From Phormidesmis sp. (GTDB taxonomy: Bacteria > Cyanobacteriota > Cyanobacteriia > Leptolyngbyales > Leptolyngbyaceae): 64,000 bases of DNA. Position numbers and translations under genes: made by a program. This document shows, one piece after another, positions 36,617 through 47,309 of the stretch. A model generated the notes under the pieces. The model ran no database searches. It worked only from the letters and a program-made list of their open reading frames with translations, and was not told the origin of the DNA. The stretch is taken from NCBI GenBank assembly GCA_965248535.1, contig CBDFJR010000005.1:2240001-2304000 (forward strand). The letters run 5' to 3'. The number at the start of each line of letters is the position of its first letter. Position 1 is the stretch's first letter.

Positions 36617-37681
36617 ATGCCACATTTATTTGAGCCATTTGAACAACGTGGTGTTATCTATCGGAACCGCGTTGTCGTTTCTCCCATGTGTCAATATTCT
36701 AGCGAAGACGGATTTGCGAACGATTGGCATCTGGTTCATCTCGTTAGCCGAGCCGTCGGAGGAGCCGGACTTGTGATGACCGAGGCGGCGGCCGTCATGC
36801 CAGAAGGACGAATCACGCCGCAGGATCTGGGCATCTGGCAAGATGCTCACATTGAGAGGTTGGCGCAAATTGTTGAGTTGCTTCATCGCAATGGGGCGGT
36901 GGCTGGAATTCAACTGGCTCACGCCGGACGAAAAGCCAGTACGTCTCCCCCTTGGGAGGGCGGAGCGGTGATTTCTAACTCGCAGGGAGGATGGACAACG
37001 ATCGCACCCAGCGTTGTTCCGTTTGAGCCAGATAGCCCTGCCCCGATCGCCCTCAGCATCGAAGCTATTCAAACGCTGACAACCTCTTTTGTGAAGGCGG
37101 CTCAACGCTCACTAGAAGCTGGGTTTGACGTGATCGAGATTCATGCGGCTCATGGCTATCTCTTGCATGAATTTCTGTCACCTCTCAGCAATCATCGCAC
37201 CGATGACTATGGCGGTAGTTTTGACCATCGCATCCGATTCTTATGTGAAGTTGTGCAAGCGGTGCGGAGTGTTCTGCCTGATCAAATGCCGCTGTGGGTT
37301 CGCATTTCTGCCACTGATTGGCTTCCTGATGGTTGGAATATTGAACAAAGTGTTGCACTGAGCGATAAATTAAAGTTGCTAGGTGTTGATCTGATCGATT
37401 GCTCGTCGGGCGCGATCGCGCCGGGTGAAAAGATTCCGGTGGGGGCAGGCTACCAGACTCCTTTTGCCGATCGCATTCGCCGCGATGTGAACATTGCGAC
37501 TGGAGCGGTGGGTATGATTACTGTACCTGCTCAGGCTGACCATATCATTCGCACAGGTCAAGCAGATATGGTGTTGCTCGCCAGAGAAATGCTGCGCGAT
37601 CCCTACTGGGCAATGCGGGCGGCAAAACAACTGCGGCAGTCGGTGCCCGTGCCCATTCAATACGATCGCGCTTGGCGTTAA
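36617..37681 (+). CDS. NADH:flavin oxidoreductase (YqjM/NamA-type old yellow enzyme)
   Basis: SPMCQYS, QLAHAGRK, EIHAAHGYL, PIQYDRA. Confidence 0.93.
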   Translation: MPHLFEPFEQRGVIYRNRVVVSPMCQYSSEDGFANDWHLVHLVSRAVGGAGLVMTEAAAVMPEGRITPQDLGIWQDAHIERLAQIVELLHRNGAVAGIQLAHAGRKASTSPPWEGGAVISNSQGGWTTIAPSVVPFEPDSPAPIALSIEAIQTLTTSFVKAAQRSLEAGFDVIEIHAAHGYLLHEFLSPLSNHRTDDYGGSFDHRIRFLCEVVQAVRSVLPDQMPLWVRISATDWLPDGWNIEQSVALSDKLKLLGVDLIDCSSGAIAPGEKIPVGAGYQTPFADRIRRDVNIATGAVGMITVPAQADHIIRTGQADMVLLAREMLRDPYWAMRAAKQLRQSVPVPIQYDRAWR

Positions 37682-37839
37682 TAGACCTGCTGCACAAATC
37701 CGGGAACGACCTCTTGTTTTAGAGCAAGCGGGAGCAGGCGTGATCGCCGCTGCGATCGCAGGCAGTTTCCCAAAAATTGAGATTGGGAACCTTGGCAAAT
37801 GGTTTCCCGATCCCATCCAGAAACTCTCAACTTCGGCAA

Positions 37840-37985
37840 TCAAGCCGACTCCAACAGCGATCGCCCTAAATAATCCTCTTTTTTCACCACTCCAGGCAGC
37901 GCAAAGAAAAATCCACCCCCGATCGGTTTGATGTATTCTTCTAACGGCTCACCATTCAACCGCTCTTGCACTGTCATAAAGCCTT
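37840..37985 (-). pseudogene. efeB: C-terminal remnant of EfeB (Dyp-type peroxidase)
   Basis: Minus frame [47 protein letters not shown]. Confidence 0.8.
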
Positions 37986-38197
37986 AGGGTCAGGTCGGCG
38001 GGTTCGCATCCTCGATCGGTCACTAAGACAGTGGTTTTAGCAGGTTCTGTTTGAGTAGCGCTGGCGTTTTGAGTTGAGTTTGAAGCATCACTGCTGGCTT
38101 TCGGCGGCGTTCCACAAGCTCCTAGAGAAACTGCGATCGCACTAACTATCAGCGAGGCTGAAACTCTTCTCCTTGTTCGTTGTGAATGAAGTGGCAT
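37986..38197 (-). pseudogene. efeO: N-terminal remnant of the EfeO iron-binding lipoprotein
   Basis: Lipobox LGAC; VLVTDRGCEPADLTL (cupredoxin start), then an abrupt junction to the efeB tail. Confidence 0.7.
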
Positions 38198-38225
38198 AAT
38201 AAACTCTCAAAATTTGAAGTAACTA

Positions 38226-38600
38226 CTATCGGGTGGCAGGTTGATGCTTGACCTTCCTACCGACAAAGAACAAAAACATCGTTGGGATCAGATAACCAAA
38301 GTAAGCGAGAACTTCGCTCACCCTGGGAGCATCGTTGTAGCCCAGCATTCCGGCTAAGATTGAGCCTGCCAAACTATGAACGGGCAGCACGTCGCTAGCA
38401 TCAAACACCGTCGCTTGAAAAACGTCCCACACTCCCGCTTCATGGGCAGCCCGGACTGCGCTGGCAAGCAATCCGCTGCGCCAAAATAATAAATGCGCCT
38501 GTCCAGTGAAAGAAGCGACTGAGATTAATCCGAATTCCACCCCGATAGATGCCCACACCAACCGCGATCGCGGCAGCCTATCCCAGCAATGCTCCTAGGG
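38226..38600 (-). pseudogene. efeU: 3' remnant of the EfeU (FTR1) iron permease with frameshifts and a stop
   Basis: PLGALLG*...GGIRINLSRFFHWTG / GLLASAVRAAHEAGVW...GMLGYNDAPRVSEV. Confidence 0.8.
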
Positions 38601-38872
38601 GAGAGGGATTGAGGGGGCTGAAGCTGACTGAAACGGAGCCATCAACGACTTGTGACCACACAGTAGCTTCTAAAAGCCAGGCAAAAGGAACAATTTGAGA
38701 CGGTTGTGAATCCCGCGATCGGAGATTACCACTTGACATTACTCTAACTAATTCTACTCTCTATAAGAGGCACAGCTTATCATTGCAGCGATCGGGTCAG
38801 TAGCAAGGTGTTGGATCTATAAAACACCTATTGCGAACGTTTTAGACTAAACAAGAGTTTTGGAGCATAGTC

Positions 38873-39574
38873 ATGTTTGAAGTCCTATTTCGGATGCCAA
38901 TTACAGGTCAAATTCTCGTTGGCATCACCCTTTTGCTGATGGTGGCAGCAACCGCTTGCATTGCTGAACGGATTCAGTTTTGGTGGCGCGTCACTCGACA
39001 ACAGCCGATCTTTGCCAAGGAGATTGTTAAGCTCTATCAGCATCAACCTGAGCTTGTCGCCGAAAAGATTAGGCGCAATATTGATCTACCGATCGCGCGA
39101 ATTTTTGCAGCAGCGCTAGAACTAGACAGTCCAACCCCAGAAGAGTTTCGTTTAGCAATGGAGAGTGAACTGCAAGCAGAAATCCCAATAGTGAAGCGAT
39201 TTAGCGGACTCTTAGAACTGGTCGTTGGGTTAGCGCCAATGCTGGGACTGATCGGAACCATTAACGGATTGATCACAGCGTTTAGTTCCTTAAATATTGG
39301 TGATATTGGTGGCACAAAAACGGCAGGAGTATCTTCGGGGATCAGCGAAGCACTGATTACAACAGCAGTTGGCTTGGTCGTGGCAGCGACTTGTTTAGTG
39401 TTTGCGACCATGTTTAGAAATCTCTACAACCGTCAGATGGCGCTGATTCAAGAATATGGTGGACAGATAGAGCTAGTGTATCGTCGTCAACACGATCGAA
39501 GCAATTCGCAATCGATGATTCTATCTGAGTTGTCCGATGCGATTCGGCAGTTGGCAGCAAAGAATAAGTTTTAA
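38873..39574 (+). CDS. exbB: ExbB/TolQ/MotA proton-channel protein
   Basis: APMLGLIGT..GLI..F, GISEALITTAVGL. Confidence 0.9.
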   Translation: MFEVLFRMPITGQILVGITLLLMVAATACIAERIQFWWRVTRQQPIFAKEIVKLYQHQPELVAEKIRRNIDLPIARIFAAALELDSPTPEEFRLAMESELQAEIPIVKRFSGLLELVVGLAPMLGLIGTINGLITAFSSLNIGDIGGTKTAGVSSGISEALITTAVGLVVAATCLVFATMFRNLYNRQMALIQEYGGQIELVYRRQHDRSNSQSMILSELSDAIRQLAAKNKF

Positions 39575-39595
39575 GCTTGAGTAGAGGAAAAAGCC

Positions 39596-39997
39596 ATGCG
39601 CGCCCCCCAAGAACCCGAATCTTCATTAGAGATGAACATTGTCCCAATGCTGGACGTGGTGTTTTCGATTTTGACGTTTTTTATCATCTCCACGCTGTTT
39701 TTGACTCGATCGGAAGGGTTGCCCGTAAACCTCCCCCAAGCTGCCACCGCCAAGCAACAGCAACAAACCAAAATTGCAGTCACGATCAAACCCGACGGAC
39801 AGCTTGCACTCAATCAGCAGCCCATTCAGCTAAACCAATTAGAAACGGGAGTGCGATCGCTGGTGCAAGCCAACCAGCAGCCAGTTGTTGTCATTCACGC
39901 AGATGAAAAGGTCGAGCATCGATTTGTGGTGTCAGCTATGGATCAGATCAGAAAAATTAATGGGATGAAGATAGCGATTGCTACCAAAAAGCAATAG
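39596..39997 (+). CDS. exbD: ExbD/TolR biopolymer transporter
   Basis: MNIVPMLDVVFSILTFFI, VNLPQA, VVIHAD. Confidence 0.9.
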   Translation: MRAPQEPESSLEMNIVPMLDVVFSILTFFIISTLFLTRSEGLPVNLPQAATAKQQQQTKIAVTIKPDGQLALNQQPIQLNQLETGVRSLVQANQQPVVVIHADEKVEHRFVVSAMDQIRKINGMKIAIATKKQ

Positions 39998-40090
39998 TGA
40001 AGTCCCAATGTTCTTATAAGTCATTTGTACTACTTTACAGGAAAAGAGAAGGTTGTCAAGCTAAAAATGCTGACGGTAATTTTCAAATCG

Positions 40091-40363
40091 CTATCTGAAC
40101 CGCCAACAACGCTCTAGCCAGTCAACTAGCTCTATCCGAGAAGTGGATATCTGTTTGACCACACTCCACAGTTGAAAAGCTGCGATCGCGCTATTCAACT
40201 CAATGGTCAACGGCTGATGAGCAGCGCATCGGCACGGAATCTCAAGTTCACACAGACGATGATAAATCTGCCAACGTTGTGATGCCGCTTCACTTCCGGG
40301 AGTGTGGGAATAGTGCACTGCGATCGTAATGACGGTTGGGGAAGACGCTGAATCTAAAGTCAT
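40091..40363 (-). CDS. Asr1405/Asl0597-like cyanobacterial protein
   Basis: RWQIYHRLCELEIPCRC...QLWSVVKQ...LVDWLERCW. Confidence 0.8.
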   Translation of the reverse strand: MTLDSASSPTVITIAVHYSHTPGSEAASQRWQIYHRLCELEIPCRCAAHQPLTIELNSAIAAFQLWSVVKQISTSRIELVDWLERCWRFR

Positions 40364-40376
40364 GTTAAACCTGCTA

Positions 40377-40754
40377 TTAACAAATTTTGCAGTAAGTCTT
40401 GGGCTGATTTTCTAGAGGCTGAATTAACTGCACAGTTTTGTAAGGACATAAATGATTTGGGCATCGCAGATCGTCATGCTCATCAGGTTCTGACGTTTCG
40501 TCGGCTTCTGTCTCAGCTTGGTTAACCCAGTTGATGATCGTGTTGTGGCTGACCCCGGTTGCCCGCTCGATCGCTCGAAATCCAAGCCCGTCACGAACCA
40601 TTTTTAGGCAGATTTGTTTAGCATCATTCGAGTAGCCTTTAACAGAGTGGAATTCAAGAAATTGACGACCACAGCTTTTGCATCGATAGTTTTGTTTTCC
40701 GCGACAGTGCCCATTTTTATTAACTTCAGTAGAATCACACTTAGGACATTTCAT
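40377..40754 (-). CDS. IS1 InsA-like zinc-ribbon/HTH protein (no InsB partner)
   Basis: MKCPKC...KNG...GKQNYRCKSCGRQF...GLGFRAIERATGVSHNTIINWV. Confidence 0.8.
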   Translation of the reverse strand: MKCPKCDSTEVNKNGHCRGKQNYRCKSCGRQFLEFHSVKGYSNDAKQICLKMVRDGLGFRAIERATGVSHNTIINWVNQAETEADETSEPDEHDDLRCPNHLCPYKTVQLIQPLENQPKTYCKIC

Positions 40755-41022
40755 TACTCAGTTGTGCAGCGACTTTTCGAGAGATTAATGTTAGATAAAT
40801 AAATAATTTTGCAAGGATAGGCAAGTAAGAAAAGTTCTCAGTTAGTATGCGAAGTAAATTCAAGAAACCCAGATTTAAGCTTGCTTTGTGGCTAGAAATA
40901 TGGGTCAATTCTAAATGTACGCTAGGTGAGTAGACTCTGCTTTTTACAGCAAGAAATGAGTTAAGGCAGCAGTCTTAAAGCGACTGTCTCACCTAGCTAG
41001 ATCTAATAATGGGGAAACCACA

Positions 41023-41553
41023 ATGTCTGAAACTCAAGTTTTAATTCGTGAATTTGGTCAAATTTCTAGCAACCCAGTTTTGCTTGAACACTCGACCACT
41101 GAGCCTATCTGTGAAGGATTAAATTCACTTTTGGCTAGTTTTCAAGCGTTATACCTGCAATATCAAAAGCATCATTTTGTGGTAGAAGGTGCTGAATTTT
41201 ACTCGCTTCATGAGTTTTTTCAAGAAAGTTACGATTCGGTTCAAGAACACGTTCATGAGATTGGTGAACGTCTAGAAGGACTGGGTGGAGTACCCGTTGC
41301 TAGCTTCTCTAAGTTGGCAGAATTGTGTTGCTTTACACCAGAACCAGACGGCGCTTATACCTGTCGATCGATGTTAGAGCACGACTTAACTGGCGAACAA
41401 GCCGTAATCGGACTGCTGCGTCGTCAAGCGTCTCTAGCTGAGAGTGTTGGCGATCGTGCAACTCGCTACCTACTCGAAAAAATCTTGCTCGAAACCGAGG
41501 ATAGAGCGTTTCACATTGCCCACTTTTTAGCGCCCGATAGTCTGAAAATGTAA
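41023..41553 (+). CDS. dps: Dps-family DNA-protecting ferritin-like protein
   Basis: [22 protein letters not shown]...HEIGERL. Confidence 0.93.
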   Translation: MSETQVLIREFGQISSNPVLLEHSTTEPICEGLNSLLASFQALYLQYQKHHFVVEGAEFYSLHEFFQESYDSVQEHVHEIGERLEGLGGVPVASFSKLAELCCFTPEPDGAYTCRSMLEHDLTGEQAVIGLLRRQASLAESVGDRATRYLLEKILLETEDRAFHIAHFLAPDSLKM

Positions 41554-42175
41554 CGGTAAGTTTGACTTAAATTCTGATCACGCCACTCCTTCTTGGCTGT
41601 TGGTCATAGTGTCATAGCCGCCATCGCCTTCAAAAAGGGATGCAAATCAACTTCGGTTTCAATCCCCACGTCGAGATTCTGAGTAACTCTGGCAACGCCA
41701 AAACTTGGAATATGAGTGGGGATTGTTTTAATTTGAACGGATGAAATTTTTACTATTGAAAGTATTTCCTAATAAGAAAGATAGAGTACTTGAGAGTAAA
41801 CGTCAAGTTTAATTTGAAAAAATCTGCATCACAGATCCATAAAAGTAGAGCGTTAGAAGCTTATAAGCTTTGCAGCTAAAAGATTGAGGCACCAACTTTG
41901 TAATTGAATGACCTGATATCTAGGCGGTAGGTGCTTTCAATAGTTAAGTTATGCTGTGGAGCTTTTTGAGAATTACTTTAGTTTTAGTTTTATCGGTACG
42001 ATCGTAGATCTGAGAGACTTCGTTGCAGTGATAAAATTGCAAGGTAAATCAACGCTTCTGAAAGTTCTCAGGCAGTTCCCCAAAATTGAGATTAGCGGGT
42101 TATCTATCTCAAACTCGTCCTAAACTAGTAAGTGAGCAACATCTGCCCTCAATCTGGTAGGCTCAAGACCTTCTA

Positions 42176-42502
42176 TTGGCAACCCGGATGACTGCACAGA
42201 CTTCCCTGAAAGAACTACGCAAACCGCAGAAACATAAACTCAAAGCAGCCGCCAAACAGAGGTTTGGTGGAGCCTGTGCCTATTGTGGGTGCGTTCCTCG
42301 GTTTTTGACCTTGGATCATATTGTGGCTCAATCGAAAGGCGGATTAGATGTGCAGTCTAATCTAGCCGCAGTTTGCCAACGCTGTAATAGAAGTAAAGGA
42401 AGCCGTGCGCTTTGGGAGTGGTGGCAAGCAGATCCCTGCTGGGATGAAGAGCGGGCCATCCAATTTGCCACGATCGTTCTCGTGTGCAAACTTAGAGTAT
42501 GA
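42176..42502 (+). CDS. Small HNH endonuclease
   Basis: CAYCG...TLDHIV..SKGG...NL...CQRCNRSKG. Confidence 0.85.
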   Translation: MATRMTAQTSLKELRKPQKHKLKAAAKQRFGGACAYCGCVPRFLTLDHIVAQSKGGLDVQSNLAAVCQRCNRSKGSRALWEWWQADPCWDEERAIQFATIVLVCKLRV

Positions 42503-43499
42503 GCCAAAAGCAGGGTTAATATCATGCCAAGATAGGGTTCGATCGGATAGGTTTCCGATCTTTGTTGTCTCTGAGGTTTATTGTCTCTGAGGTTTGTAGT
42601 TTGACTAGCTCAGACTGTTGAGGCAACAACACCACATTAACAGTTACTAAAACTCAAGCGATCGGGGATGTGAACAACGGAACCCATCCAGTGGGTCTGA
42701 GTGTTGCCGCCGTGATTCCGAAAGATGTAGACGTGCCAGTAGTATTCAACTATATAATTCTCAACAACGGGCATGGAGATCATGCCACTATTCAGCATGG
42801 TTTTGAAACCCATTGTCGGCGCTTGGTGTCAACGTGGCTAAGGCAGCAACAACGGCCATAGGGGGAGCGATCGGCGCTGTGCTCGGCGCGGAGCTTGGTA
42901 CTTAGCCTAAATTCTACGAAATTCACTCCCTGTCTTTGTCGTTGCCTTCAGCGTTCACCCGCTCTGAAATTCCTTCAGGGTGGGGCAACATTGAAGCACA
43001 ATAAATATCAAAGACTCCTCAGATAGTCTCTAAGTATTATTTAACTAACCGCGACATGAATTTCCACGATCGCGGTTTTTGTGCGATCGTGCCCGTCTAG
43101 CTTTGTTCAAACATAGGAGAGCTAAGAAGATCGTCAGTGGTAACGGAATCAGGAATGTAACTAATAAAACTCGTCAACGAAAATGGGGGTCAAACTAAAT
43201 CATAAACTGAATTTCTGATAAACGTTTGTAGCTAAAACTTACAATAGACAGTAGATAATTTTATGAGAAGCGGTATAAGACAAGTGATATCGTAAAGAAA
43301 CATTACTCTAGACTCTCTAGAGAGATGTTGACTATCACGCTCAAGCCTTGTTGTGTCTAGTTTCTAGAATCCTCTTCACCCAAGTAGGTGAGTTTACCTT
43401 AGCAGGTTGCTCCCTTATTCTAGAGGGGGTGATCGAGCGTCAAAGCGTCGGTTCCGCATCCACTGTCTAACCGTGCTGTTTGATACAAGGAGTCTGTAG

Positions 43500-46400
43500 A
43501 TGCGTTCATTAAACCGCCAGTTATTAAAGCTTGCTAGAAGTGTGCCGTTGCGTCACATTTTGATAGTCCCTTTTATCCTGCAAATTTCGTTGGCGGTGGG
43601 TTTAACTGGGTGGCTCTCTATTCGCAATGGGCAACAAGCTGTTAACAATGTTGCAGGACAACTGCGAATAGAGAGCACGGCTCGAATTCAGCAATATCTG
43701 CAAACCTATGTCGAAACGCCTCACAAAATTAATGAACTCAATGCCGATTCGATTCGGTTAGGTGAGCTTGATGTGCAAGATCTGGCGGCTTTAGAACGAC
43801 ACCTCTGGTATCAACTTGAGACGTTTGATACTGTGACAGCAATTTATGTCGGGTCAGAGTTTCAAGAACACGTTGCGGTCGAACGTGATGATGAGGGCCA
43901 CTTTCAAGTGAAAGTTTCGGGAAAGTCTACTGACCATGAAATCCGCATCTATGCTGCTGATCGTCCAGGGCATCGCACCAAGCTCCTAAGGGCCAGACCT
44001 CACTACAATCCGCAGACTCGCCCCTGGTATCGATCGGCGGTCAAGTCTGGCACCGCAAGCTGGGGCGGCATCTATCGATTGTTTGCCACCCCCAGGTATG
44101 TGCTGAATGCTAGCTTGCCGATCTATGACGATCGCCGCAATTTGTTAGGGGTTGCTGCCGTTGATTTCTCACTCACGGGAATCAGTCAGTTTCTTCGCAG
44201 TTTAAAGATTGGACGATCGGGCGAAACGTTTATTGTTGAACGTCAAACGGGTCTGTTGGTGGGCAGTTCTGCGACTCAGCAACCCTACGTGATTCAAAAC
44301 CCTGCTGCGCCCATTGCAGAACAAAATCCGATGCGAGTCAAAGCAACTGAGAGCCACGACTCCTTGACCCGCCGCACGGCTGAATATTTGCAGCAACGGT
44401 TTGGAAAGGTCGATCAGATTGCTCAACCTCAACAACTCGACTTTGATATTGAGGGGCAACGACAATTTTTGCAAGTGGTGCCGCTCAAAACGGTTCAGGG
44501 GCTAGATTGGCTGATCATTGTGGTCGTTCCAGAAAGCGATTTTATGGATCAAATTCATGCCAACACTCGCACCACGATCGTGCTTTGTCTGAGCGCCTTT
44601 GCGCTGGCAACTGCTTTAGGCATTTTAACCGCCCGCTGGATTTCTCAACCGATTCTCAAGTTAGGCAGCGCGGCAAAAGCGATCGCAGCAGGAAACTTGG
44701 ATCAAACGGTCTCTGTGAGCAGCACCACTGAGCTAAATGGGTTGGCCCAATCGTTTAACCAAATGGCGCAGCAGTTGCGCGAATCTTTCTCAGCGTTGGC
44801 CCGCACGAATGAAGAATTAGAAAGCAGAGTCGAGCAGCGAACGATCGAACTTGGTGAACGAAACATTCAGCTTCAGCAAGAAGTGCGCGATCGTCAAATC
44901 GCAGAAGCCGCGCTCAAAACTTCTGAGGCAGAACTTCGATTAATGTTTGCAGCTATGACCGATGTGGTGGTGGTGTTTGATGCAGAAGGGCGCTATCTCA
45001 AAGATATGAAAACGCAGTCTTTTATCGATGAATCTGACATTGATCGGGTAGGCAAAACGGTTCATGACGTGTTGCCTGCTCCCGTTGCTAATCTGATTGC
45101 TGATGCGATTCGTCAAGCATTAGAGCTTCGCAGACAGCCTGCTCACTCAGATAGCACTCGCAAAAATATTTTTGTGGAATATCGCTCGACAATCCACGAT
45201 CGAGAAACCTGGTTTTTAGCGAGTGTCTCTCCGTTGTCTGATCAGGCAGTGCTGTGGGTTGCTCGTGATATTAGCAAGCTCAAAAAAACCGAAGTTGCGC
45301 TCCAGCAGGCGAAGGAATCCGCAGATGCTGCAAACTTGGCTAAGAGCCAGTTTCTCTCAAACATGAGTCATGAACTTCGGACTCCTCTCAACATTATTTT
45401 GGGGTTTACTCAACTGTTATTGCGAAACCGCGCCCTCAATCCTCAGCAGCAAGACTATCTAGACACCATCAATCGCAGTGGAGAAGATCTGCTGACCCTG
45501 ATCAACGATGTATTAGAAATGTCGAAAATCGAAGCGGGTCGAGTCACCCTCAACGAAACCGATTTTGACCTCTATGGACTGCTCGATCGCCTTCAGCAAA
45601 TGTTTGATCTCAAAGCCAAATCAAAAGGCTTAGAGCTTGTTTTTGAGCGATCGAGCGATGTGCCCCACTACATTCATGCAGATGAGAGCAAGTTGCGTCA
45701 GATTCTCGTCAATTTGATTGGCAACGCGATTAAATTTACGCAGGTAGGAAGTGTGACCCTGCAAGTCAGAACTGAGAGCCAGCCTGCCGATTTAGTCAGA
45801 CTTTGCTTTAGAGTCGAAGATACTGGGTGCGGCATTGCTTCCTCTGATCTCGTTTCTCAAGATGGGTCTCAAACGCCGCGTCTGTTTGAGCCATTTGTGC
45901 AGACAGAAGCGGGTCAAAAGGCTCAAGAGGGCACCGGACTGGGATTGCCCATCAGCGATCGGTTTGTGCGACTCATGGGCGGCAATCTGACCGTTGATAG
46001 CCAGTTAGGCAAAGGCTCGACCTTTAGGTTTGAGATTAGTGCTCATGCTGTGAGACTGGATACCCTACCAGTGCCAACACCGAGTCGAGACGTGATCGGG
46101 TCAGAGCCAGGACAACCCACTTACCGAATTTTGATTGTTGAGGACAAACTTGAAAATCGACGGCTGCTAGTTGAGTTGTTGACCCCGATCGGGTTTGACG
46201 TGAGAGAAGCAGAAGACGGACAAGCGGCGATCGCGCTTTGGCAAAGTTGGTCGCCCGATCTAATCTGGATGGATCTGCGGATGCCGATCATGAACGGGTT
46301 TGAGGCAACTCAACAGATCAAATCGGCTGCTGACCAAGCTCCCGTCATTATTGCGCTAACCGGAAGTGCCTTTGAGGAAGACCGTCTCACGGCGCTCTCG

Positions 46401-46772
46401 GTGGGCTTTGATGATTTTGTGCGAAAGCCCTTTCGGACAACGGTGATCTTTGAAAAGATGGCAGAGCACTTGGGCATTCGCTATCAGTATGCAGACGAGC
46501 AAGAATCTAGGTTATTGCCCTCTTATCCACTCAAGGTTGATGACTTAAACGAGATGTCGAGCGAGTGGATTGAGCAACTCTATCAAGCAGCCCTCCGCAT
46601 CAATGCTAAAAAAATTCTCAAGTTGATTGAGCAGATTCCTGAGACCCATGATCCTCTAATCAAAGCGCTCACAGATCTCACTGAACACCTTTGTTTTGAA
46701 GAAATTATTGCTCTCACCCAGCAATCACAGACCGATCGATTAAAACCTTTTCAGATGCCACGAGAGAATTAG
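43500..46772 (+). CDS. Hybrid sensor histidine kinase (TM-dCache-TM-HAMP-PAS-HisKA-HATPase-REC)
   Basis: PQTRPWY, FNQMA, MSHELRTPL, NLIGNAIKFT, GTGLGL, IWMDLRMP. Confidence 0.93.
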   Translation: MRSLNRQLLKLARSVPLRHILIVPFILQISLAVGLTGWLSIRNGQQAVNNVAGQLRIESTARIQQYLQTYVETPHKINELNADSIRLGELDVQDLAALERHLWYQLETFDTVTAIYVGSEFQEHVAVERDDEGHFQVKVSGKSTDHEIRIYAADRPGHRTKLLRARPHYNPQTRPWYRSAVKSGTASWGGIYRLFATPRYVLNASLPIYDDRRNLLGVAAVDFSLTGISQFLRSLKIGRSGETFIVERQTGLLVGSSATQQPYVIQNPAAPIAEQNPMRVKATESHDSLTRRTAEYLQQRFGKVDQIAQPQQLDFDIEGQRQFLQVVPLKTVQGLDWLIIVVVPESDFMDQIHANTRTTIVLCLSAFALATALGILTARWISQPILKLGSAAKAIAAGNLDQTVSVSSTTELNGLAQSFNQMAQQLRESFSALARTNEELESRVEQRTIELGERNIQLQQEVRDRQIAEAALKTSEAELRLMFAAMTDVVVVFDAEGRYLKDMKTQSFIDESDIDRVGKTVHDVLPAPVANLIADAIRQALELRRQPAHSDSTRKNIFVEYRSTIHDRETWFLASVSPLSDQAVLWVARDISKLKKTEVALQQAKESADAANLAKSQFLSNMSHELRTPLNIILGFTQLLLRNRALNPQQQDYLDTINRSGEDLLTLINDVLEMSKIEAGRVTLNETDFDLYGLLDRLQQMFDLKAKSKGLELVFERSSDVPHYIHADESKLRQILVNLIGNAIKFTQVGSVTLQVRTESQPADLVRLCFRVEDTGCGIASSDLVSQDGSQTPRLFEPFVQTEAGQKAQEGTGLGLPISDRFVRLMGGNLTVDSQLGKGSTFRFEISAHAVRLDTLPVPTPSRDVIGSEPGQPTYRILIVEDKLENRRLLVELLTPIGFDVREAEDGQAAIALWQSWSPDLIWMDLRMPIMNGFEATQQIKSAADQAPVIIALTGSAFEEDRLTALSVGFDDFVRKPFRTTVIFEKMAEHLGIRYQYADEQESRLLPSYPLKVDDLNEMSSEWIEQLYQAALRINAKKILKLIEQIPETHDPLIKALTDLTEHLCFEEIIALTQQSQTDRLKPFQMPREN

Positions 46773-47230
46773 AAAGAGACACACGATCGCTCATCAACTC
46801 GCAGCACAGACTCTTGTCGAAATGTCTGTTTATAGGCTTGCCAAATCTGTTCAATCTGTTCGTTGCTTTCACCATTAGCGGGGTAGAGCACTATCAGCAG
46901 CCGCGATCGCTCTACAACAATTTTACCCCTTGAGTTTTTGAATTGACCGTTCGCCGTTAGCACTGTCAAACCATCTGGAAACAGGGGAGTCACCACAGTA
47001 TCAATAAATCCTTGAAATTCTTCGTCTGTTGTCTGTAAATTGATCGGTTCTGATAAACCAAAAAACAGTTCGGTTTTGCCAAAGTCATCACGAGACTGAT
47101 TTTGGCAAAAGTCAAGCTGAGAAGACTCGATTTCAGGTTGAGTCGAGAGATCAAAGGCTGATATGCTCGTTAGCATGACTCCTGTTGCTAACGAGATACC
47201 TACGATCGTAGGATGTATTCTGACTTTCAC
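46769..47230 (-). CDS. DUF3574-family secreted protein
   Basis: TELFFGL, VVTPLFPDGLTV, F.QESVLRVD...CVSF. Confidence 0.85.
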   Translation of the reverse strand: MKVRIHPTIVGISLATGVMLTSISAFDLSTQPEIESSQLDFCQNQSRDDFGKTELFFGLSEPINLQTTDEEFQGFIDTVVTPLFPDGLTVLTANGQFKNSRGKIVVERSRLLIVLYPANGESNEQIEQIWQAYKQTFRQESVLRVDERSCVSF

Positions 47231-47262
47231 GAATTGAACCCTGAATAATTAGTAATTAGATG

Positions 47263-47296
47263 GAGGGATGAATTGCAATGATGAGATTCATCCCTC
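47263..47296 (-). terminator. Stem-loop downstream of the VOC-like gene
   Basis: GAGGGATGAAT / ATTCATCCCTC 11-bp inverted repeat. Confidence 0.5.
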
Positions 47297-47309
47297 GTTC
47301 TTAACTCAA

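Noticed and set aside
42670..42900. 63-aa ORF as a gene
   Set aside because: Looks like a frameshifted fragment; family not recognisable
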